In this document: positions 55,160 to 64,000 of the stretch, piece by piece
How the letters are laid out: the number at the start of each line of letters is the position of its first letter
Position numbering within the stretch: the first letter of the stretch is position 1
DNA from: Octopus sinensis
Taxonomy: Eukaryota
Direction of reading: 5' to 3'
DNA: 64,000 bases
NCBI RefSeq assembly: GCF_006345805.1
Contig: NC_042997.1
Location: 65,906,001 to 65,970,000 of the forward strand
Notes under the pieces: model-generated
The model's database searches: none
Seen by the model: only the letters and a program-made list of their open reading frames with translations
Told to the model about the DNA's origin: nothing
Made by a program: the position numbers and the translations under genes

Positions 55160-55485
55160 ATTATTACCTCTGCCTTAGCAAAGGTGAAGGTATTGTTTTC
55201 AGTTGTGCTTGTTTGTTGACAAGACATCTCAAGAACCGCTGGATGGATTCAAATGAAATTTTCAGGATCGATCAGGTACCAGACAAAGATTCTGGATTAT
55301 TTTTCCGTTTTTTGTTTTTTTTTACTTAATTTTTGAGAGTGGCCAGGTTTATTTTTAGTTTTCTTGTTTAAGAGAGCAGTTAAGTTTATTAAAGATATTC
55401 TCATTTTAAAAATCATCTCTGGCTAATTGTTGAGAGGATGTTGGTGCTGCCTTGTGGAGGTTTGCGTACTCTGAGTGCTCTTGTT
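55160..55485 (+). mobile_element. Helentron-associated non-autonomous element (HINE/DINE-1-like)
   Basis: 5' ttattacctctgcctt...ggtattgttttc; ggatggattcaaatgaaatttt core; 3' ggaggtttgcgtactctgagtgctcttgtt. Confidence 0.6.
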
Positions 55486-57574
55486 ATAATATTTTGTTAT
55501 TATGACTTGTTTCAGTCACTGGCCTGTGGCCATGCTGAAGCACCACTTTGACGGGTTTTAGTTACACAGATTAACCCTAGTCCTTATTTTTTCATGTCTA
55601 GTGGTTATTCTTTTGTGGCAGCACAAGGCTTAGTGGTTAGTGTGTTGCATTCATATTTGTAAGATTGTGGTTTCAATCCCTGGATTGGGCAATGGATTGT
55701 GTCCTTCAGCAAAACAATTTATTTCTCATTGCCCCAGTCCACTCGGCTGGCAAAAATGAGTAATCTTGCAATGGACCAGCATCCTATACAGGGTGGGGAA
55801 CATGTACACCACAGACTCAGGGAAACTAGCTATATGAGCTTATGGCTCGGGAGGGACCTTTTATCTTTTTGTTTTTTTACATATTCCACTAATCTCTTTC
55901 CCAAGCCACTGAGTTACAGGGATGTAAACAAACCAGCACTGGTTATCAAACCATGGCATGAGAAACAAACACAGGATTAAAGTCAACAGGACTATTCCTT
56001 TGTTATTCTAATATCTTATATATATATATATATATATATATACAGTTGCGGCCAAAATGTTCAGAACGGCATTGTTTTCGTCAGAAAAGTAGGTATAAGT
56101 TTTTATCAAGGTTATTTTATATTCTATAATTTTCACAGACAATAAATACGATATTAAAATTATGTTAAATGATGATGATGATATATGATGGGCTTCCACA
56201 CAGAGTCCATCTACTAAATTTACTAATATTGGTCATTCCAAGGCTATAGGGGAATAAACTAGCCTAAAGTGCCACCCTCTAGGACTGAATCCAAAACCAG
56301 GTGGTTCTAAAGTGAGTTTCTTAAACATACAGTCATTCCTAAATATAGACTTTCTTAAGTTAAACTAGAAAATATTCCTCTTCCTTTTCTTCTTAACTTT
56401 TCTCATTGACTATGGAAACAGCAGTAGTGACTCTTACATTGCAGTAATCATCATCACCATCAACAACAACATTATGAGGATACCATCATAGGCACTACTA
56501 TACTCACTACCACCATTACAGTTATTTCAATGCATTGGCTTGATTCTTTTATTCTATTTCTCACACACACACTCACACACAAATGCGCATAAACATACAC
56601 AAATTCACAGCTCATGGACATACTATACGCACTGCCATATCCAAGTAGTTCAATAATAAACAGGCAGTAGTCCTTCATTAAGACAGAAGTATAGGTGGTG
56701 AGAAAAGGGAATGAGAAAATTAAAAAGTAGACGAAAATGGAAGGGAAAAAATGCTATGTTTCTTCTGAGGTGTGTCGTCTTTAAGTGGTAAACAGTAATT
56801 TTAATACATTTTTCATTTTGTCCATACTTTTTTATTTGAGTACCATGGATTTTTTTAAATATTGATTTTCTGTAAATTCTCTTTCCTTACTGACACAGTC
56901 TTAAATGTAGCACAAGTATTTCCTTTGGTTCCACACATTCTGAGTTCAAATCCTCCCATGGTCAATTTTGCTTTTCATCCTTCCTGGGTTGGTAAAATAA
57001 ACAACCAGTGACCAGTCAAGTATTGGGTAAAGAGTGTAATAGGATGTTAGCTGAGTGTATGGCTTCAAAACAATGTAAAAGTGGTATGAACATGAACCAG
57101 AAGCTGATAGAAGATGGGAATTACAAGATGTTGTAGGACTTCCTCACAAAAACTGATCAGGGATGACTGTGTGGTAAGAGGCTTGCTTCCCAACCACATG
57201 GTTCTGGGTTCAGTCCCACTGTACAGCATCTTGGCTGAGTGTCTTCTACAATAGCCTTAGAATAACCAGAGCCTTGTGAGTGGATATGGTAGATGGAAAC
57301 TGAAAGAAGCCCGTCATATATATATATATGCATGTGCATGTGTGTGTGTGTGTCTTTGTGACCGTGTTTATTCCAACCACCACTTGACAACCAGTGCTGG
57401 TGTGTTTACGTTCCCATAACTTAGCAGTTCAACAAAAAAGATTGATAGAACAAGTACCAGGCTTAACAAAAATAAGTACTGGGGCCAATTCATTCAACTG
57501 AAAAAATTTCCAAGACGGTGCCCCAGCATGGCCGCAATCTTACAAGTGAAACAAGTAAAAGGTAAAAGATAATA

Positions 57575-57880
57575 TTGAAGCAAGAAGGTTGCATATGATT
57601 AAAGAGGACAAAATAAACAGTGTAAGATCATAGAGTCGATAGCAAAGAAATTGAAAAAAAAAATAAAATTGAGAAATATCAGGATCTAGCAAGAGAACTG
57701 GTACAACGCCCAAAATGCTAATAATAGACTGAAAGAGATTGGAATCACATTGTCGACCTAAATGAAAGTACCATCCTATATTCTGCATGAATCCTAAGGA
57801 AGATTCTTGAGACTTAAGGAGACTTGTTGTCACCAAACCTCAAGATAAGATCCCTGCAAATTAAATTAGCATGTACTAGC
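57575..57880 (+). mobile_element. R4/Dong-like LINE 3' fragment
   Basis: ARRLHMIKEDK..CKII..KIEKYQDLAREL; followed by (TAG)n/(CAG)n. Confidence 0.65.
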
Positions 57881-57881
57881 T

Positions 57882-57973
<92 letters not shown>

Positions 57974-57975
57974 AT
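57880..57975. repeat. (TAG)n(CAG)n(TAG)n trinucleotide array
   Basis: Direct reading. Confidence 0.95.
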
Positions 57976-57989
57976 TGTGTTGATGCAGT

Positions 57990-58524
57990 AAAAAACAGTG
58001 GCTGTCATGGCTTCTGATCTTAACTGATTGGAAGTGTTATCATGTATATTGATTTGTCTTGGTATAAAAGATGGGCTACAGCAAATATTCTGCTCCATAA
58101 CACAGAGTTGCTTGTCAGTTGTTTGACCTTGAGCATGTCCCTTAGTGGCTGATGAAATGTGCATTTCTGATCATGAGCAGAAGTAGTGGGGAAGCATTAT
58201 AGCCATGTATAGAGAGGAATTTTGGGGAGTTTGAATAATTCACCTTTGGAAACATGGGTGTTTTGTTCAACATCCTTAAACAACCCTTACTCAGGGACCT
58301 TTTTAAGTGGGATGGGCTACTCGACCTGCAGAAAATTCTAACTGGGCCCCACCTGCAAGGTCATGCACTATTAATCTTGATATGAGATCACTATGTTGCA
58401 CACATGTGGTTGTGAAGCATGTTCATGGTGTATTCTTATCAGATGGGTAGTCATGATGGGTATACTGGGTTTCGTATTTTTTACCCCAGTGTCACTTGCA
58501 TGGCATGCACTGATCTCTCACTCA
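57990..58524 (+). mobile_element. Non-coding (AAT)n-tailed retroposon family D (copies 25162-25650, 27117-27535, 35236-35441, 42347-42788 minus; 31437-31558 plus)
   Basis: Fixed end ggcatgcactgctctctcactca(ata)n with a variable opposite end, consistent with 5' truncation; no tRNA head or ORF recognised. Confidence 0.8.
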
Positions 58525-59172
58525 ATAATAATAATAATAATAATGGTTTCAAATTTTGGTACAAGGCCAGCAAGTTGAGGGAGTGGGTAAGTTGATTATA
58601 TCAACCCCCAGTGCTTAACTGGTACTTGTTTTATTGACCCCGAAAGGATGAAATACCAGTGATTGTAGGAACACTTAGAATGATCAAAAAGGGAACTGAA
58701 AATTATTTGAGGATGATCCCTGGCTTACCATCCATGTAGGTAATGCAAAAGAATGTCTTAACTGGTACGCTTTAAGTATTGAGAAGGGCATTATCACTGT
58801 TAATTTTGTTTCCTTTTTCCACTTTATGTTTTTCTTTTCTTTTTTCCTTCTTTTCTTTCTCCCTCTTTCTTTCTTCCCCATTCTTTCTATCATATGACTT
58901 TGTAAATGAATAATCTGGTGTGTTTATTTTAATGGTCTACCAATATATACAGTGAGTTTCTTTGCCCTAGGTGTTGGGAAGACACTTGGCAAGAAATGGT
59001 AACAAAATTGAAAGAAAAAGATAATAATAACAACAACAATGATAATGATGATAATAATTATGGCCATCACCACCCATTCCGAATACTCTCTGCACCTACG
59101 CCTCTGTACCACCTCCACTCAAGAAAAAAAAGAAAATTCAACAAAACTTATAAAATGAAAATGCCAACATAC

Positions 59173-59334
59173 CCGTGAGTGGTCCAAATATCTTATGAGT
59201 ACAAGATGTTCTATTCAGATTTAGGCACTTCAGTGTGGGTGGCTGATGCATAGAGATGTCAGTGATATACTGAATGATACCAGCATCTGTGACCCGGGTG
59301 TTCTCCAGTACTAGGGTGGCTAAAGACTGTAGAG
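59173..59334 (-). CDS. LRR gene exon (162 nt, phase 1-1): ALQSLATLVLENTRVTDAG...LKCLNLNRTSCTHKIFGPLT
   Basis: Poly-U tract plus ttcag acceptor, donor gtatgt; two LRR units. Confidence 0.92.
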
Positions 59335-60429
59335 CTGAAATGGAAAAAAAAAAAAAAGAATTACTACCACAAAGCTCCATAGCATTATAGAATATTTGTG
59401 TATTTCGTATTGTGTTAGAATTTTCACTTCAGCCTTGTAAAACCCACACCTGCAACAACTTCCCAAACAAACCCATGGGTTGGAGGGTTCTTGGCGAAGT
59501 GGTGCAAAGGAGTCATCCACTAGGAGTAAGAAATCACAAAGAAATGGTGAGTGCAATGACTTGCTGTTATAGCGCATGCTCCCATACTATTGCTATTGTT
59601 CACACACACACACACACACACAAACATCAGACTCATCGCCACCACAACAACCACCACCATCATCATCATAATCATATTGGCATCACCAATATCATTCAGT
59701 GTCTGTTCTTTCATAAGCTGAATAGGCCTCACACTGTACAGCCACCTGTCACAGTCCTCCATCATCTGGTGTGCATAGCAAACAGATATTCATTGTTGTT
59801 GAGTATGTTCTGTGTGCATATGTGTATGTGCATAAACACATGCAAACATTTGTTTTCAAGAGAAATAGAAAAAATATTGTAATTATGACTGAATAAAAGC
59901 AAGGACCAAAGATAGAATATTTTTTATAAATTTTATTTAAGGATTGGCTAAATATCCTGCCATACACACACACACACACATCCATACATGTGCTTCTGAA
60001 TTTTTCCCTTCATCAGTGATAGTTTTGTCGGTGTAACCATAACAGACCACGAATGGCAATAAATGATCAAGAATTATAATTTATTTAATTCATTGATAAG
60101 ACAATCAAATGACAAGATCTATGAGGTTAAAATACTGGACTACTGACCAAATGGTTATAAGTTCAAATTTTACAACCATCAAGTTTTACTACTGAGTAAG
60201 GCACATTGCAGCAGCAATAGTAACATCATGGTTGTTTATTTGATACTCCAACTCAGTTCTTATATGTTTTCAATGCTGGCAATACTCAGATTTACAGATA
60301 TAACCTGTTTATGAACACAATTACTATCACTAATATAGAGAAAGACTTAGTGAATCAAAAAAAAAAAAAAAGAACTGCTTAATTTGTAAACTGCATAAAA
60401 GAAATGTAAATGATGAATTAATAATAATA

Positions 60430-60802
60430 CAGTGATACCTCGCAGTATGAGTTTAATTCATTCCATGACCAAGCCTGTCTTACAATTCACTCATTTTACA
60501 AATCAATTTTCCCCATTGAAATTAACTAAAATATAATTAATCCATTCCAAGCCTGCAAAACCGCTCAAAAATAATTTTTTATGGGTTTTAAAACAGAAAA
60601 GGTGTAGTTACAAGTAAAACGGCAATAATAAAAAAGAAATATGTAAACTGGTTTTATTAACTGAATTACCTTAAAGATGGAATGATTTATGTGCTCATAC
60701 TGCAAATTTCTGCTCATACTTCAAGACAAAAATTCGCACAAGTCTCAGACTGTACAGCAAATTACTCATGCAGTGGGGCACTCATACTGTGAGGTTCTAC
60801 TG
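60430..60802. mobile_element. Tigger/pogo-type MITE
   Basis: TA flanks; TIR cagtgatacctcgcagtatgag / ctcatactgtgaggttctactg. Confidence 0.8.
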
Positions 60803-60869
60803 TACTATAATTTTTCAAACTATTAATCTTACTATGAGTGATGAGTAGTGTTTTTCATATTTATATCTA

Positions 60870-61520
60870 CTGCACTGGTATGGATGAGGACAGCTGCATA
60901 AAGAAGTGCTGATCTCTAATTGTGTAGGGAACCTGTGGAAGGGGTAAACCCAGGAAGCCGTGGGACAAAGTGGTGAAAAAGGATCTTCAGATGTTGTGCC
61001 TCACAGAGGAAATGAGAAGGGACTGAGATTTCTGGCGATATGCTATGTTTGAGAAGACATGCCAAGCTATGCAAAATCATAGTCATCCATACATAGATAT
61101 AGGCATGTTCTTTAGGCTATGCCCACCACTCCCTCTCTCAGTTGAGAAGTCTTTTCTTGTGGGCTTGCAAGTGCAGGTGCCACATTGAAAAGCACTCGTT
61201 CTGGTACCACATAGAAAAGTACCTGTGCCAGTGCCACAGTAAGAGCACTTGTGCCAGTGCCACATCGAAAGCACTCATGCTGGTGGCACATTAAAAGCAG
61301 TCATGCAAGTGCCACTTAAAAGCACTTGTGCTAATGTCACTATATAAGCACCCAGTATACCCTGTGAAGTGGTTAGTGTTAGGAAGGACATACAGTCATA
61401 GAAACCATGCCAAAACAGACAAATAGTGCCTAGGAATCTCCCCGGTTGGCCAGTTCCAGTCAAAACGTCCAACCCATGCCAGCATGGAAAACAGGTATTA
61501 AATGATGATGATGATGGTGA
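60870..61520 (+). mobile_element. RTE-clade LINE 3' end with tandem 3'-UTR units and (ATG)n tail
   Basis: MDEDSCIKKC..GRGKPRKPWDKVVKKDL; about 21-bp ggtgccac..aaaagcac units; related 3' ends at about 18570-18660, 19935-20350, 22540-22706, 29840-30180, 33940-34070, 39610-39710 and 52105-52460. Confidence 0.75.
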
Positions 61521-61890
61521 TGGTGGTGGTGGTGGTGGTCTATACTACATTCTACTTAATTTAATCTCAAGTGTCTTAATACTTGATTTATAATATTACA
61601 GAACTGGATCTGAATTAGAAACCTTTAGTTCTAAACTAGAAGTAACACTCTTACCCAGACAGCATAGGTGTCAGTGGCCAAGTGCAAAAAAAAAAAGTGT
61701 TATTCCTTTTGGTTTAGAAACAAATGTTTTTACTTACACATCCATGAATATGTTTCATAACAATTATGATCAAACTGATGAAAGTGTAACATAGATGTAA
61801 ACTTTTTAAAATGTTTCTTTTCTAAAGACAAAGATAATAATCATGGAAATAGATAATTTTATTACTTAATCTATATACAGAATTGCTTAC

Positions 61891-61965
61891 CCGATATAGG
61901 TGTTAAACAGTTGTCTGTTAGCTGCCGGCATGATCCTAACTTTAAAGTCTTTAGTTTTTTTAAGG
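61891..61965 (-). CDS. LRR gene exon (75 nt, phase 1-1): LKKLKTLKLGSCRQLTDNCLTPIS
   Basis: Acceptor atttatttccag, donor gtaagc; LRR consensus; joins in frame to the 59334 exon. Confidence 0.88.
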
Positions 61966-62616
61966 CTGGAAATAAATGAATAAATAATTAGAAAATTACA
62001 GGTTTCATAAGGAAAACAGAACTCAAAACACATAATGTGTATGTATGCATATACAAGAAAATGAGTTGACAAAGGAATAAATAATTATCTTGTGAATTTC
62101 ATTGGCTTACAGCTGTTTTTGGCATAAGATGCATTGGACTCAGAATTGAGACCCTGAGTAATACTTAATAGCTGCAATAGAACCTTGAACATAAAGTGCA
62201 ATATGAAATAAATTGCACTTCATCTTTGAGGCTTCAATGCAAATAGAGTTCATAAGATAATCATTTATTCCTTTGTCATCTCATTTTCTTACTAACACTC
62301 TGTGTTTGACTAACGCTGTGTTCTGAAGCATATGTATATTGAGTTCTACACCAGGTTATTAGTTTTGCAATTTTATATCTCTGAAGAGCAGAAGCATTAT
62401 CTATAAATGCTTATCAATATAGGATTTCATTATAGGGACAACTCTTCTGTGAAACGATTGTAAGATGCTTTAAATACTTAATTCAAAACTTTTAAACTGT
62501 CATATACAGTATATATATTTATTTATATATTTTTAATACAACAATTATTGTTCACACGTGTATATCTTTCTGAGGAGTTTTGATATTGATTTCCTAATAT
62601 TAATAATAATATATTA

Positions 62617-62660
<44 letters not shown>

Positions 62661-64000
62661 TATATAATCACTCGTATTAATATATAAATACTTTAATAGT
62701 ATTAATACTTTGACACAATAGAACACTCAATATAAATTCAGTATATAATATTCTCATTGAATATATTTAACTAAAGATATAAATATATGAATTATTCAGG
62801 TGGCTATTCCCAATTTACAATCAAAAGGTGCAAGTACAATCATCACTAAAGTGACTAAGGATGCAAGTCAGCACCAGCATTGCTAGGAATAAAACCTTTA
62901 GTCATATTAGTAATGACTGTACTTATGTGTGTGTGTGTGTGTGTGTGTATGTATATATATATATATATATTATTATTATATGTAGAAAAATACAAACTGG
63001 GACAAGAACGCAAAACACTTAGAAGACGACACAAAAAACACGGACGGGACATTTGAAGCCCTCGATCTTCAGTCAAGAACTGGATCATCGTAGCAATTTC
63101 AGCTGATACCAGCAGATTAAATACTAGTATGCAAAATTCTTGGCCCTTGAGTCACTTTGTGACTTCTGACAATTAAATAATCAATTAAATAGAATATTAG
63201 TAATTCTTCATCATAAAGCAAAGAGGAAAACACTAAATCACCAGAACATAATGTATAACAGTATTCAATGCCGTCACTCTAAATTCTCATCTCAAATCCT
63301 ATCAAAATAAATTAGCTTGTTATCCCTTCTGAATGAGAGAAGGGAATATGATTAACAAAAATATGTACCAGAGATATACTGATCTAATTCAATCAAGTCA
63401 CTCATCTCCAACAAAAACTGGCCTTGATTTTAAATGAATGTAATCAATTGTGGGGGCTAATGCAATTTCGCAGTTCTCCTTGAAAAATGCATTTTTTGGA
63501 AAATATTTTTCAGATTTCTACGTTTTAGATGTCAAAGATTACGAATATGCAAAAAACATTTTACATGACCACACCTGCAAGTATGTGTATATATTGGAGA
63601 AGTTCATGAGTGTGTGAATGTGTGTGTGTGTGTGTGTATATACGCATGTGTACTTGCATGCACTTGTATGAGTGTATCAATAAACGATTTTTAAAAATAA
63701 TTAAAATTACTTGGATTGAATGAGGTGAAACTATAAACTTTTGAAGGAGAGAGAGTAAAAGAATGGAAATTCAAGTACATTGAAAGGTACATATTTAAGT
63801 TTCCATCTACCAAAACCATTCAGTCTGGGGTAATAACAGAAGAACCTTTGCTCATGCTGCCATGCAGAGGGACTGAACACAAAACTATTTGGTTGGAAAG
63901 CGAACTTCTTAACCACTTGGTTAATATTTAATGTGTTGGAATTTAAGAATCTATACAGAATCAGAAATATTCTTTATATGCCTTCTAGGGTACTCCTTCC

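Noticed and set aside
59995-60022. Minus-strand CUGAUGA resembling the 5' half of the 19695 hammerhead
   Set aside because: Stem II 3' strand, GAAA context and stem III cannot be parsed
62111-62171. Candidate upstream exon with good AG/GT sites and compatible phase
   Set aside because: The only open frame (LLSITQGLNSESNASYAKNS) has no LRR pattern; needs RNA-seq to decide
63044-63075. Minus-strand CUGAAGA motif in a PLE-like repeat
   Set aside because: GAAA absent and no stem I pairing; at most a dead relic

Overview
Eukaryotic, very AT-rich, microsatellite-dense DNA. The repeat landscape looks like an octopus (coleoid cephalopod) genome; this is inferred from repeat types and was not database-checked. 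The whole window lies inside one minus-strand gene. I could chain 10 GT-AG exons (61965 down to 3541, 873 nt) into a single stop-free frame of about 291 aa. It encodes roughly 11 RNI/AMN1-like leucine-rich repeats, and both ends of the gene lie outside the window. The introns hold three tRNA-derived SINE families, an (AAT)n-tailed retroposon, decayed CR1/L2-group, RTE and R4/Dong-like LINEs, and mariner, piggyBac, Tigger, Helitron and Helentron remnants. Almost all ORF-track entries are microsatellite or TE noise. The most interesting signal is a set of type I hammerhead-ribozyme folds in Penelope-like terminal repeats. One family carries a compensatory G3:C8 core swap inside a 286-bp palindrome. 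Another is a perfect inverted pair 1.7 kb apart. The well-formed ribozymes on the host pre-mRNA strand each have an antisense arm in the same intron. All folds were parsed by eye and none has been tested for activity. SINE and LINE fragment boundaries are approximate (about 10-20 bp).
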